Source: an uncultured delta proteobacterium (lineage in GTDB: Bacteria > Myxococcota_A > UBA9160 > UBA4427). From it: 64,000 nt of DNA. The notes under the pieces were generated by a model. It was given only the letters and a program-made list of their open reading frames with translations, ran no database searches and was not told where the DNA came from. Shown piece after piece: positions 28,260 to 38,162 of the stretch; positions within the stretch are counted from its first letter, which is position 1; each line of letters opens with the position of its first letter. The DNA lies in the NCBI GenBank assembly GCA_963822965.1, contig CAWGJT010000010.1, positions 160,001 through 224,000 of the forward strand, written 5' to 3'. The translations under genes and the position numbers were made by a program.

Positions 28260-28382
28260 GACACGGATCGTACAGCACCCGGCGCGCTCGGGCGGAGCCC
28301 GCGCCCCACCGTCTCTTTTGGGGCGGTTCCGGCTTGCATTGGTCGATGCATGAGTTGCAGAATGCCCCGCGAGGAGCATCGC

Positions 28383-29255
28383 ATGCCGCGCACCCTGTTG
28401 TGTCTCGCAGTCCTGGTCTCGGTGCTGGGCCTTCCCGGCCTGGCGCGCTCCGAGGAGCCGGAGGCCGCCACGCCGGCGAGCGAGCGGTGGATTCCCTCCG
28501 TCACGGGGATCTTCCAGCTCTTCAGCTACGAGGCCGACGGACGCGTCGACACCAGCCTGGGCTTTCCCGACTCGGGCTCGTCCGACGGTCGGGTGCCGAC
28601 CTTCCAGATCGGGCTCGATCTGATGAGCCCCGCCCTCGAGGACGTGCCGACGGCGCCCCATTTCGTGGGGTTCGCCGGCCTCCAGGCGGGTCCGCCCCGC
28701 AAGCTCGGGCTGGCGGATGCCGGCGAGCTCGCCTCGGGCCAGCCCGAGAAGGAGATCGCCCGGCTCGAGGCAATGCCGCCCAACACCTACCCCGCACCGG
28801 AGGCCCTGCCGGGCCAGGGCAGCGAGCTGACCGGCCGCTACCGCGCCCTGGGCTGGTACCTGGGCATGGGCATGGCGTTCGACATTCCGAAGGCGGAGCC
28901 GTCCTTCCGGATCCGTCCCTACGTGACCGCGGTGGGCGAGCAGGTGAAGGTGAAGGGCCAGGTCGTTCGGGTCACCGGGCAGCCCCCGGGCCAGCCCTAC
29001 ATGGTCGATCGCGTGAGCGCCTCGGTGAAGGAGTTCTTCTACTACGTCGGACCGGGCGTGCAGCTCGAGGTGATCGTCGAGGAGACCCCCACCTGGGCGC
29101 TCAGCCTGTTCGCGACGGCGGACTTCCTGTGGAACGTCGGTGACGACTCCCTCACGTTCTCCGCCCGCCAGGCGATCTTCCACTACAAGGCCGACTCCTT
29201 CCAGCCGCGTGGCGGCTTCGGTGTGCGCTGGTCGTGGGTCGGCGCTCTCCCGTAG
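28383..29255 (+). CDS. Secreted, probable outer-membrane beta-barrel protein
   Basis: Signal peptide; alternating aromatic beta-strands (FRIRPYV, YVGPGVQLEV, GGFGVRWSW); GAGGAG RBS. Confidence 0.65.
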   Translation: MPRTLLCLAVLVSVLGLPGLARSEEPEAATPASERWIPSVTGIFQLFSYEADGRVDTSLGFPDSGSSDGRVPTFQIGLDLMSPALEDVPTAPHFVGFAGLQAGPPRKLGLADAGELASGQPEKEIARLEAMPPNTYPAPEALPGQGSELTGRYRALGWYLGMGMAFDIPKAEPSFRIRPYVTAVGEQVKVKGQVVRVTGQPPGQPYMVDRVSASVKEFFYYVGPGVQLEVIVEETPTWALSLFATADFLWNVGDDSLTFSARQAIFHYKADSFQPRGGFGVRWSWVGALP

Positions 29256-29283
29256 GCTTGCGGCCGGGTGCCATCGCCCGGCG

Positions 29284-30945
29284 TCAGTTGGGCCAGTAGA
29301 TGTACTCGTCGTCGGGTGCGTCGGGCTCGAGCAGGGTCTTGTCGATGTTCACCGGCATCTCCACCTGGGAGGGCCACGCGGGCGGCGCCTGCTCGGCGTC
29401 GTGCTCCGCGAGCGCGCGCCGCAGCGCCGCCACGCGTTCGGGCTCGCTCTCCGCGAGGTTCGTTCGCTCGGTGGGGTCGTTCCGCAGGTCGTAGAGCCAC
29501 ACCCGACCCGGCGGTCGCTCGTTCACCTGCAGCTTCCAGCCGTCGACGAGGGCCACCTGGTAGTGCCCCGTGCGCCAGAAGAGCCGGTCGTGGGGCACGC
29601 CTTCACGCTCGCCACGGACGTAGGGCGCGAGGTCGACGCCGTCGATCACCCGGTCGCCGGGCAGCGGCACGCCCGCCGCCGCGGCGGCGGTGGCGTAGAT
29701 GTCGAAGCCCTGCACCGGCTCGTCGTAGTGCGCGCCCGCCGGCAGGTGGCCCGGCCACTTGACGAAGTAGGGCACGTGGATGCCGCCCTCGAAGAACGTG
29801 ATCTTCCAGCCGCGGTATGGGCGGTTCACGTCCGGCAGGCCGATGTAGTTGGGGGCGCCGTTGTCCGACGTGAAGAAGACGAGGGTGTCGTTCTCGAGCC
29901 CGTTGTCGCGCAGGGCCTGGAGCACGCGTCCCACGCCGCGGTCGAGGGCCCGGATCATCGCCGCATAGACGCGCAGCCGGTGGTCCTCGATGTGCGACAG
30001 GGCGTCGTAGTCCTCACGCGTGGCCTGCAGCGGGGTGTGGGGGGCCCAGTGGGCGAGGTAGAGGAAGAACGGGCGGTCCCGATTGGCCTCGATCACCCGC
30101 ACCGCCTGGTCGGTGTAGTAGTCGGTCAGGTACTTCGCCGGCTCGAAGGCCGGGCCGCCGTTGAACGTGGCCGCGAAGCGCAGCGCGCGCCACAGGAAGC
30201 GGTCGATGGGATCGAAGTCCTGCTTCGAGTTCACCACGTCCGGATCGTCCTCGGGCAGGTACAGGCCGCTTCGCATCAGCAGGCTCTCGTCGAAGCCCTG
30301 GTCCTGAGCGGCCATGCCGTTGGCCTGGCCCACGTGCCACTTGCCGATGTGCACGGTGTGGTACTCCACCTGCTTCAGCAGCTCGGCCAGGGTGATCTCC
30401 GAGGCGGGCATGCCCAGCTGGGCGAAGGGCGGGGGCTCCTGCTCGTTCTGCGTCACCACCACGGGCCGCAGACGGCCGGGCATGCGATTCGCGATGTGCG
30501 GCAGCAGCCGACTCATGCCCGGCGGCGTCGGGGTGAACTCGAAGCCGAAGCGCGTGCCGTAGCGGCCCGAGAGGATGGCCGCCCGGGACGGAGCACAGGT
30601 GCCGTTGGCCGCATAGCCCCGGGTGAAGCGCACGCCGTCGCGGGCCAGCGAGTCGATGTGGGGCGTCGGTACCGAGCCGCCGGCCACGCCGCCGCCGCCG
30701 AACGTGAGGTCGTTCCAGCCGAGATCGTCCGCCAGAATGACCACGATGTTGGGAGGACGCTCGCCGCGCGCGCGCGCCAGGGGATCGGGTCCGCTCGCCC
30801 ACTCGATGGGATGGTTCGGGCCCACGGGCAGCGCCCGCGCGGCGGCCCGCCCGATCAGGGCGAGCAGGATCTGGTCCTGGTAGATCCAGGCGAGGCCGAG
30901 GCCCACCGCGACCACCCCCAGCACGCCCAGCAGCCAACGCTTCAT
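29284..30945 (-). CDS. Sulfatase (Cys-type formylglycine)
   Basis: PNIVVILADDLG, CAPSRAAILSGRY, GKWH and FTSDNG motifs. Confidence 0.93.
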   Translation of the reverse strand: MKRWLLGVLGVVAVGLGLAWIYQDQILLALIGRAAARALPVGPNHPIEWASGPDPLARARGERPPNIVVILADDLGWNDLTFGGGGVAGGSVPTPHIDSLARDGVRFTRGYAANGTCAPSRAAILSGRYGTRFGFEFTPTPPGMSRLLPHIANRMPGRLRPVVVTQNEQEPPPFAQLGMPASEITLAELLKQVEYHTVHIGKWHVGQANGMAAQDQGFDESLLMRSGLYLPEDDPDVVNSKQDFDPIDRFLWRALRFAATFNGGPAFEPAKYLTDYYTDQAVRVIEANRDRPFFLYLAHWAPHTPLQATREDYDALSHIEDHRLRVYAAMIRALDRGVGRVLQALRDNGLENDTLVFFTSDNGAPNYIGLPDVNRPYRGWKITFFEGGIHVPYFVKWPGHLPAGAHYDEPVQGFDIYATAAAAAGVPLPGDRVIDGVDLAPYVRGEREGVPHDRLFWRTGHYQVALVDGWKLQVNERPPGRVWLYDLRNDPTERTNLAESEPERVAALRRALAEHDAEQAPPAWPSQVEMPVNIDKTLLEPDAPDDEYIYWPN

Positions 30946-31041
30946 CGACGCCTCCCCCTCGCGAGCCGAACGATCCTACCCCGCACCGGCGCCGGCGTCG
31001 GGGGATGGGCCGGCGGACGTCGCGTATGCGACCCTGCCCGA

Positions 31042-31800
31042 ATGGAATCCCGCCTGCGCCTCCTCGCAATCCTCCTGCTCTGCTGCCTCGCCTGCGCGAG
31101 CCCCGGCCCCGGGGCCGAGACTCCCCAAGCGCCCGCGGCGGCAGGGGAAGCGCCCGCGGCCTCGGAAGCGCCTGCGGCGACTGGCGAAGCGCCCGCGACC
31201 TCGGAAGCGCCTGCGGCGACTGGCGAAGCGCCCGCGACCTCGGCCCCGGAGGACGGCACGGCGGCGGGTGGGGCGGAGGGCGACGTGCCGCCGAAGCCTC
31301 CCGCCTCCGCACCCGCCACCGAGGAGGAGTGGGAGTTCGGCAAGACGTTCCAGCCCCTGGCGGACGTCTTCGCGTTCACCCAGTACGTCCACGCTTCGCG
31401 CCGGGGCAACGGGCTCGTCTACCAGTTCCTGCCCGAGGGCGAGACCCTCGAGGACTGGCACTACCTCGGCGTGGTGCTGCTCGTTCCCGTGGCGCGCACC
31501 TGGGAGGAGGCCGAGGACGTGATGCCGGAGTTCATCGAAGCCTTCCTGAAGGACCGGCAGCACGTGAACCAGGTCCAGACGATCCCCGGCGAGCGGACGA
31601 ACCTCACCTACATCGACTACGAGCTGGGAGCCGGATCGCGGCGCGAGCACATCCTGGCCAGCATCTGGCAGGTGATTCCCGGCGCGATCACGGTCTTCCA
31701 GGTCCAGCGCCGTCCCGAGCGCTTCGACGCGGCGCAGATCGAGCAGTTCAAGAACGTGGCGAGCCAGCTCGCCGCCCAGGCGGGCAGGCCGGTCGAGTGA
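31042..31800 (+). CDS. Lipoprotein with Ala/Pro/Glu repeat linker, hypothetical
   Basis: MESRLRLLAILLLCCLAC lipobox; EAPAASEAPAATG repeats; C-terminal globular domain. Confidence 0.75.
   Translation: MESRLRLLAILLLCCLACASPGPGAETPQAPAAAGEAPAASEAPAATGEAPATSEAPAATGEAPATSAPEDGTAAGGAEGDVPPKPPASAPATEEEWEFGKTFQPLADVFAFTQYVHASRRGNGLVYQFLPEGETLEDWHYLGVVLLVPVARTWEEAEDVMPEFIEAFLKDRQHVNQVQTIPGERTNLTYIDYELGAGSRREHILASIWQVIPGAITVFQVQRRPERFDAAQIEQFKNVASQLAAQAGRPVE
31147..31243 (+). repeat. 39-bp coding tandem repeat, 2.5 copies
   Basis: gaagcgcccgcg(g/a)cctcggaagcgcctgcggcgactggc repeated. Confidence 0.85.
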
Positions 31801-32211
31801 TCAGCCGCTCGGTCGCTCCACGCCGGGGCGGCAGGCGTCGGCGTCACACGCATGGGCGCGCCCGGTGAGGCGCAGGCGGTTGCGCGCGAACCAGCGATAC
31901 GCGGCGTCCACCACGGGACGCACGATCGGCAGCCCGGTCCAGGCCAGCCAGGCGCCGCGGTCGACCGCGGCGTAGGCCCGGCGGAAGACCTCGACGCCCT
32001 CGATCACGGTGCCGTCGGGTCGCACGCCGTGGATCCGCGCCATCAGCGTCTCGAGGCTGCGGCCGTAGCGGCCGGCATCGAAGCCCGGGGAAGCGATGTC
32101 GACGCGGGCCAGGCGGCCGCGGCCGGCGTCGAGCCGTGCCAGCATCTCCACCTCGCGCCGGCACAGGGGGCACTCGCCGTCGTAGAGGATCGTGAATTCC
32201 GGCGCGCTCAA
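31801..32211 (-). CDS. DCC1-like thiol-disulfide oxidoreductase (DUF393)
   Basis: ILYDGECPLC and YRWFARNR motifs; TTG start overlaps the upstream stop. Confidence 0.88.
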   Translation of the reverse strand: MSAPEFTILYDGECPLCRREVEMLARLDAGRGRLARVDIASPGFDAGRYGRSLETLMARIHGVRPDGTVIEGVEVFRRAYAAVDRGAWLAWTGLPIVRPVVDAAYRWFARNRLRLTGRAHACDADACRPGVERPSG

Positions 32212-32705
32212 GCGGCCTCCCTTCCGGTCTTCCCGGTCGCCCCGTTCGACTGGTCCGGGTGGAGCGCACGGATGCGGTCGAAGCGGTAGTCGAAGATGGC
32301 GTTCAGCAGCGTCCGGATTGCCACCGCGTGCACGGCGTCTCCGAGCCGGCCCAGCGGCAGGGCGTAGCGCACGCGATCGGTCATCAGGACCCCGCCGGCC
32401 CGGGCCGTGAACTCGTGGGTGTGCTCCCAGAGTCGGTACGGACCCCGCTCCTGCAGGTCGACGAAGCGGACGCCGGGCTCCCAGGCTGCGATGCGCGTGC
32501 GCCAGGCCAGGGGCAGCCCGGCGAGCCGGATCGTGTAGTCGATCCGCGTCCCCGTTCGCATCTCGATGGGAGTGGGCGTGTGCAGCCGGAAGTGCATCCA
32601 CGGCGGCGTGATCCGCCCCAGGTTCTCGGCGCGGGAGAAGAACTCGAAGACCGGGGCGATCGGTCGCTCGATCCACTGCTGTCGTTCGAGCCGGTGCACG
32701 GTCAT
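32208..32705 (-). CDS. SRPBCC family protein
   Basis: VFEFFSRAENL..ITPP, FVDLQERGPY..WEHTHEF, MTDRVRY and IFDYR motifs. Confidence 0.9.
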   Translation of the reverse strand: MTVHRLERQQWIERPIAPVFEFFSRAENLGRITPPWMHFRLHTPTPIEMRTGTRIDYTIRLAGLPLAWRTRIAAWEPGVRFVDLQERGPYRLWEHTHEFTARAGGVLMTDRVRYALPLGRLGDAVHAVAIRTLLNAIFDYRFDRIRALHPDQSNGATGKTGREAA

Positions 32706-33982
32706 CCCGGCTCCAGGCTCCCCAGCAACGAGTCGCGGCGCACGGCCGGCTTCTCGAAGACCGCCTGGACGAGGCCGATCTCGCGTTCCTCGAAGCCCCC
32801 CTCGCAGTAGCAGAGATAGAACTCCCACATCCGCAGGAAGGCGTCGTCGAGACCGAGCGCCTTCATGCGGGGCCGGTTGGCATTCATCCGCTCGCGCCAA
32901 CGGCGCAGGGTCTCCGCGTAGTGGGGCGTCAGGTCCTCGACGTGAGTGAGGCGGAGGTCGGTGCTTCGTGCCGCGCTCGCGGCGAGCGCGCCGATCGAGA
33001 CGAGCTCACCGCCCGGGAAGATGTAGCGCTTGATGAAGTCGACGTTGCGCCGGTGCTCGTCGAGGAAACGGTCGTCCACCGTGATGGCCTGGAGCGCCAT
33101 CAGCCCGTTCGGGCGCAGGCGCTCGCTGCACACCCGGAAGAAGTCGTCCAGGTGGCGGTGGCCGACCGCCTCGATCATCTCGATGGAGACGAGCTTGTCG
33201 AAGCTTCCCTGCAGGTCGCGGTAGTCCTCGCACAGCACGCGGACGCGGTCTTCGAGGCCGGCCTCCCGCACCCGGCTTCGTGCCAGCTCGTACTGCTGCT
33301 GCGAGATCGTCGTCGTCGTCACGCGGCAGCCCGTCCGGAGGGCGGCGTGGATCGCGAAGCCGCCCCAGCCGGTTCCGATCTCGAGCACGTGATCCCGGGG
33401 GCCGATCTCGAGCTTGCGGCACACGCGATCGAGCTTGGCCACCGAGGCCTCCTCCATGCTCGCCCCGGTGCGTTCGAAGATGCCGCTCGAGTAGCTGAGG
33501 GTGGGATCCAGGAAGAGCTCGAAGAAGTCGTTGCCGAGGTCGTAGTGGGCCGCGATGTTGCGCCGGCTGCCGTCGCGGGTGTTGCGGCGCAGCCGGTGCC
33601 AGCCGCGGAGCGCGGGACGCATCCAGCGCGCGAGGCCGTCGTCGAAGCCCGCCAGGGCGGTGCGGTTGCGGGCCAGGATGCGGATCACGCCGGGCAGGTC
33701 GTCCGTCGACCACAGCTCGTCGATGAAGGCTTCGGCGCCGCCGAGGCTTCCGCGCAGCGCCAGGGCCGTGTAGAAGGCGGGGTCCCGGACCCAGACCGTC
33801 GACCGGAGGCGTGCCCGGGGGTCGCCGAATCGGAAGCGCCCGCCCGGGTCGACCAGGGTCAGATGGCCGTCGCGGAGGGACCGCAGGCGCGCGTGGACCG
33901 CCCGCCGGGCCTGGCGCGCGAGGCCCCGCCCGACGTCTCCGGGGGTCTCGCTTCGTTCGATCGAGAGGGTGGTCTCACTCAC
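32702..33982 (-). CDS. cfa: Cyclopropane-fatty-acyl-phospholipid synthase family methyltransferase
   Basis: NIAAHYDLGNDFF, VLEIGTGWG, SIEMIEAVG, FIKRYIFPGG and WEFYLCYCEGGF motifs. Confidence 0.93.
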   Translation of the reverse strand: MSETTLSIERSETPGDVGRGLARQARRAVHARLRSLRDGHLTLVDPGGRFRFGDPRARLRSTVWVRDPAFYTALALRGSLGGAEAFIDELWSTDDLPGVIRILARNRTALAGFDDGLARWMRPALRGWHRLRRNTRDGSRRNIAAHYDLGNDFFELFLDPTLSYSSGIFERTGASMEEASVAKLDRVCRKLEIGPRDHVLEIGTGWGGFAIHAALRTGCRVTTTTISQQQYELARSRVREAGLEDRVRVLCEDYRDLQGSFDKLVSIEMIEAVGHRHLDDFFRVCSERLRPNGLMALQAITVDDRFLDEHRRNVDFIKRYIFPGGELVSIGALAASAARSTDLRLTHVEDLTPHYAETLRRWRERMNANRPRMKALGLDDAFLRMWEFYLCYCEGGFEEREIGLVQAVFEKPAVRRDSLLGSLEPG

Positions 33983-34782
33983 GCCGACTTCTCCTGCTGG
34001 GCGCGCTCGCGCGTTGGGGTGGGGGATGCTTCCGTTCCGGATCTCTGGGGGTGCGGATGGAAGGGGACGCCCGCGACCCAGAGCCGTAGGGCCTGCCAGT
34101 AGATGGCGGCGGTGAGCCTCGCGGTGGGCAGGGGGTCGCGGGCGAGGGCGAGCGCCAGGGAGCGGGTCGTGATCTCGCGACGCGCGAGCTCGAGCTCCGC
34201 GGCAAAGACGCGGCCGCCGCGATGGGCGTGACTCTCGATGCGTGCGTGCAGCCGATCGCCGGGCCCGTCGAAGTCGAACCGATAGTCCAGCTCCATCCCG
34301 AAGAAGGGCGAGACGTGGAACTCCTTGGCCGCCCAGTCGGTGAGCGCGGAGGTCGTTCCACGGGAACGCTCGAGCACGTAGCAGTGGCGCTCGTTCCAGG
34401 GCGTGTTGGTGACGTCCGCCACCACCGCTTCGAGGCCGCCGACCCCGTCGAAGCAGAAGTAGAAGCTCACCGGGTTGAACACGTAGCCCCCGTAGCGCAG
34501 CTGGGTGAGCAGTCGGATCGGCCCAAGGGGCCGCCTGCCGGTTTGGCTCTCGACGAGATCGCGGACCGTCTCGTCGAGGGGCCGGTTGGGGTCTCCCAGG
34601 TGGTCGCGGCGGTCGAAGCGCGCGAAGGCGCGCCTTCGCGTGGACCAGAGCCAGCGCCCCGCGAAGACCGTCGGCAGCTCCGCCAGGTCGAGGTAGACCA
34701 TGAAGAGGGGGACCTCGAAGGCGTGGGGCACGGGGCCCAGGCGCTGGTGTCGTACTCGGCCGCGGTACAAGGCGCTCTTCAT
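33979..34782 (-). CDS. DUF1365 family protein
   Basis: SALYRGRVRHQR, FNPVSFYFC, VTNTPWNERH, KEFHVSPF and IYWQALRLW motifs. Confidence 0.92.
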   Translation of the reverse strand: MKSALYRGRVRHQRLGPVPHAFEVPLFMVYLDLAELPTVFAGRWLWSTRRRAFARFDRRDHLGDPNRPLDETVRDLVESQTGRRPLGPIRLLTQLRYGGYVFNPVSFYFCFDGVGGLEAVVADVTNTPWNERHCYVLERSRGTTSALTDWAAKEFHVSPFFGMELDYRFDFDGPGDRLHARIESHAHRGGRVFAAELELARREITTRSLALALARDPLPTARLTAAIYWQALRLWVAGVPFHPHPQRSGTEASPTPTRERAQQEKSA

Positions 34783-34792
34783 GCGAGCCGCC

Positions 34793-36034
34793 TCAGAAGT
34801 CCGCGCCCAGCTCGGCGCACATCTCCACCGCGCTGCGCACACCGTCCTCGTGGAAGCCGTGGCCCCACCAGGCGCCGCAGTAGTGCGTGCGGGCGAGGCC
34901 GCTGATCTCGCTGCGGCGCTGCTGGGCCTCGATCGCGGCCGCGTCGAAGACGGGATGGTGATAGGTGAAGCGCCGGAGCACGTGGCGCGGATCGATGCGG
35001 TCGCTGCCGTTCAGGGTGACCAGGAAGCGGGAAGGTCCGTCGATCGACTGCAGGCGGGTCATGTCGTAGGTGACGAGCACCCGGTCCCGGCGCGAGCGCG
35101 GGATGCGGTAGTTCCAGCTCGCCCAGGCGTGCGGGCTCCGCGGCAGGAGCTGCCGGTCGGTGTGGAGCACGACGTCGTTCTCCTGGTAGCCGACGGCGCC
35201 GAGGAGCACCCGCTCGAGCCCGGAGGGATCGGCCAGCAGGCGCAGGGCCTGGTCGCTGTGGACCGCCAGCACGACGTGGTCGAAGTGATCGCAGCCGCCG
35301 GAGGTCGCCACCTCGACGGAACGCCGGTGGCGGCGGACGGCGAGCACCGGGGCGCCGGTGAGGATGCGGTCGCGGAACGGCGCGACGAGCTTCTCGACGT
35401 AGCGCTGGGAGCCACCGGTGACGACGCGCCAGGGCAGCGAGGGACTCGCTTCCAGCAGACCGTGGTTCTCGAAGAAGCGAGCGAAGGTGGCCGCCGGGAA
35501 ACGCAGGAAGGCGTCGGGCTCGGCCGACCAGATGGCGGCGCCCATCGGGACGACGTAATGCTCGACGAACGCGCGCGAGTAGCCGGCGCCGCACAGGAAG
35601 TCGCCGAGGGTCACCTTCTCGTGGGGGTTGCCGGCCAGGACCCGCGCCTCGCGGTTGAAGCGCAGGACGTCCCGCAGCATGCGCAGGAACGAGGGCCGCA
35701 GCAGGTTGCGGCGCTGGGCGAAGACGGCGCCGAGCCCACGACTCGCCCATTCGAGGCCCGTTCGCTCGCAGGAGAGGCCGAAGCTCATCTCGGAAGCCTG
35801 GGTCTCGACGCCGAGGCGTGCGAGCAGACGCGTGAAGAGCGGATAGGTGCGCTCGTTGTAGACGATGAACCCCGTGTCGATGGCGTGTTGGACGCCGTCG
35901 GCGACGACGTCCACGGTGCTGACGTGTCCGCCGATCCGGGACTCCGCCTCGAAGACGGTGACCTCGTGGTGGGGATGCAGCAGGTGCGCGCTGACCAGCC
36001 CCGAGACGCCGCTGCCGACGATCGCGATCTTCAT
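34793..36034 (-). CDS. FAD-dependent oxidoreductase (cfa/DUF1365-associated)
   Basis: MKIAIVGSGVSG, DTGFIVYN, AWASWNY and GFHEDG motifs. Confidence 0.93.
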   Translation of the reverse strand: MKIAIVGSGVSGLVSAHLLHPHHEVTVFEAESRIGGHVSTVDVVADGVQHAIDTGFIVYNERTYPLFTRLLARLGVETQASEMSFGLSCERTGLEWASRGLGAVFAQRRNLLRPSFLRMLRDVLRFNREARVLAGNPHEKVTLGDFLCGAGYSRAFVEHYVVPMGAAIWSAEPDAFLRFPAATFARFFENHGLLEASPSLPWRVVTGGSQRYVEKLVAPFRDRILTGAPVLAVRRHRRSVEVATSGGCDHFDHVVLAVHSDQALRLLADPSGLERVLLGAVGYQENDVVLHTDRQLLPRSPHAWASWNYRIPRSRRDRVLVTYDMTRLQSIDGPSRFLVTLNGSDRIDPRHVLRRFTYHHPVFDAAAIEAQQRRSEISGLARTHYCGAWWGHGFHEDGVRSAVEMCAELGADF

Positions 36035-37068
36035 CGCGTCTCTCGCCGCGCCATGCGAGCGTGCACCACCCACCACTCCTGGCCGTCCCGGTATCCGAAC
36101 AGCTCCGTGCAGGCGAGGAAGAAGAGCCGCCAGCGCTGGAACCAGAGAGCGGCGCCTTCGCGGCCGTAGGCCTGGGCGAGCACCGGCAGGATCTCGGATC
36201 GGTTGGCGTCCTGTCGCGCGAGCCAGGCCCGGGCCGTCCGCTCGTAGTGGGTTCCGTCGACCACCCACTTGCGCTCCACGACGAGGTCGCGCTGCAGGTG
36301 CAGCAGGTGGTCGTCCGAGGGCATGATGCCGCCCGCGAAGAAGTGGCGCGCCATCCAGTCTTCCTCGCCCTCGTCCTCGTAGGCATAGCCGGCACTGCGA
36401 TGGGCGAAGTGGTGTACGAAGAGGCTGCCGCCGGGCTCGAGCCAGCCCGCGATCCGGGCCAGCAGGGCTGCCTGGTTGCGAACGTGCTCGAACATCTCCA
36501 CGGACACGACGCGATCGAAGCGGCCCTCCGGCCGGAAGTCGTTGATGTCCGCCGTCACGACCTCGACGTTGTGCAGCCCCCGCCGGGCGCAGCGGCTCAG
36601 GATGTACTCGCGCTGGGGCTTCGAGTTCGAGACCGCCAGGATGCGCGCCAGGGGAAGGCGCTCGGCCAGGTAGAGCGAGAGGGAGCCCCAGCCGCAGCCG
36701 AGGTCGAGGATGCGCATGCCGTCCTCGACGTCCGCCCGCTCGCAGGTACGGGCCAGCATCGCCTCTTCGGCGGCATCGAGGTCCGTCTCCGCGTCCTCGA
36801 ACCAGGCGCAGCTGTACTTCAGACGGCGTCCGAGCACGCGCTCGAAGAACGCCGGCGGCACCTCGTAGTGCTGCTCGTTCGCGAGCTCGGGGACGAGGGC
36901 CACCGGGCCCACCCGCAGCATCTCCCGGAAGCGATGGTTGCGGGCGGCGGCTTCGGTGGCCCGGACCGGCACCACCTCCCGGAGGCGCTGCCGCAGCAGG
37001 CGGCGAATGCCCTGGCGAACGAGGGCATCGGGAACCAGGCCGCGCTCGGCGAGGTGAAGGGGGCGCAT
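36031..37068 (-). CDS. SAM-dependent methyltransferase (Cfa/CMAS-like)
   Basis: ANEQHYEVP, LDLGCGWGS, SVEMFEH and WMARHFFAGG motifs. Confidence 0.9.
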   Translation of the reverse strand: MRPLHLAERGLVPDALVRQGIRRLLRQRLREVVPVRATEAAARNHRFREMLRVGPVALVPELANEQHYEVPPAFFERVLGRRLKYSCAWFEDAETDLDAAEEAMLARTCERADVEDGMRILDLGCGWGSLSLYLAERLPLARILAVSNSKPQREYILSRCARRGLHNVEVVTADINDFRPEGRFDRVVSVEMFEHVRNQAALLARIAGWLEPGGSLFVHHFAHRSAGYAYEDEGEEDWMARHFFAGGIMPSDDHLLHLQRDLVVERKWVVDGTHYERTARAWLARQDANRSEILPVLAQAYGREGAALWFQRWRLFFLACTELFGYRDGQEWWVVHARMARRETR

Positions 37069-37124
37069 CGGATCTCCTTTCTGTCCGGATTCGAGTCGAC
37101 GTAAGTTGGACAACAATCTCGTAC

Positions 37125-37147
37125 TTGTCAAGAAAAAATCTTGACGA
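37125..37147. promoter_or_regulatory. Palindromic operator 1, in the divergent promoter
   Basis: TTGTCAAGA-aaaaa-TCTTGACGA; nearly identical to the site at 38107. Confidence 0.75.
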
Positions 37148-37192
37148 AATTCGGTGACGAGCGGGTTCTGTCCTGATACGATCCGGCGCCAG

Positions 37193-38083
37193 ATGGCGAC
37201 CGAAGAAGACCTGGAGACGTACTCGGTGGGGCGGGTCTCCCGCCTCACGGGGGTCTCCCCCGACCTGCTGCGGGCCTGGGAGCGGCGCTATGGCGCCGTG
37301 CATCCCTTGCGGACGCCCGGAGGCACCCGGCGCTACCGCGCCGAGGACATCGACCGGCTGCGCCTTCTGAAGGCGGCCGTCGATTCCGGGCACCGGATCG
37401 GTGAGGTGGCCGGCCTCTCCTCGGCCGAGCTCGAGCAGCGGGTCCTGCGGACGCCGGAGCCCGACCGGGCTCCCATCGACGAGGCGCTCCGGGCCCTCGA
37501 GCGCCTCGACGGCGCGGCGGCCGAGCAGCTGATCTCGAGCCAGCTCGCGATGCTGGGGCCGGTGCGGTTTGCGAAGGAGTTCGCGCTTCCCCTGGCCCAG
37601 GCGCTTGGAGACGGCTGGATGAGCCAACGCCTCTGCATCGCCTCGGAGCACCTGGGCTCGGCGCTGCTGCGCTCGCTGCTGGGCTCCGCGCTACGCCCCA
37701 CGGTGGCGCACCGGGGGGCGCCGATCGTGGTCTTCGCGACCGTGCCCGGAGAGCGGCACGAGATCGGGCTGCTGATCGCCGCGCTCACCGCGCTCGGGGC
37801 CGGTGCCAACCCGCTGTACCTGGGATCGGATCTCCCGCTGGAGGAGATCGTCGGTGCGGCGCGCCGGACCGCAGCCCAGGCGGTGGCGATCGGGGCGGTG
37901 GTGACGCCTGCCCCCGAGCTGGTGGCGGACCTGCGGCGGCTTCGGGAGGAGCTTCCGCGGCGGGTGGAGCTGTGGGTGGGCGGGGCCGGGGCGCTCGCCG
38001 TCGAGGTGCCCGAGGGCGTGCAGCGCCTGGACTCGCTCCGCCGCCTCGAGCAGCGGGTGGAGCTGCTGCGCATCATCCCCTGA
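37193..38083 (+). CDS. carH: MerR-family B12-binding photoreceptor regulator (CarH/LitR type)
   Basis: MerR HTH (LRAWERRYG..P.RTPGGTRRY); W-x9-EH (WMSQRLCIASEH); ExHxxG (GERHEIG); YLG Rossmann B12 domain. Confidence 0.88.
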   Translation: MATEEDLETYSVGRVSRLTGVSPDLLRAWERRYGAVHPLRTPGGTRRYRAEDIDRLRLLKAAVDSGHRIGEVAGLSSAELEQRVLRTPEPDRAPIDEALRALERLDGAAAEQLISSQLAMLGPVRFAKEFALPLAQALGDGWMSQRLCIASEHLGSALLRSLLGSALRPTVAHRGAPIVVFATVPGERHEIGLLIAALTALGAGANPLYLGSDLPLEEIVGAARRTAAQAVAIGAVVTPAPELVADLRRLREELPRRVELWVGGAGALAVEVPEGVQRLDSLRRLEQRVELLRIIP

Positions 38084-38106
38084 CGGGCAAGCGCGCGCGG
38101 CTGTAT

Positions 38107-38131
38107 TTTGTCAAGATAAAATCTTGACAAA
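38107..38131. promoter_or_regulatory. Palindromic operator 2, containing TTGACA
   Basis: TTTGTCAAGAT-aaa-ATCTTGACAAA perfect inverted repeat upstream of the photolyase operon. Confidence 0.8.
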
Positions 38132-38162
38132 TATGGGCAAGTGATGCACCCTCCCGGTCCTG

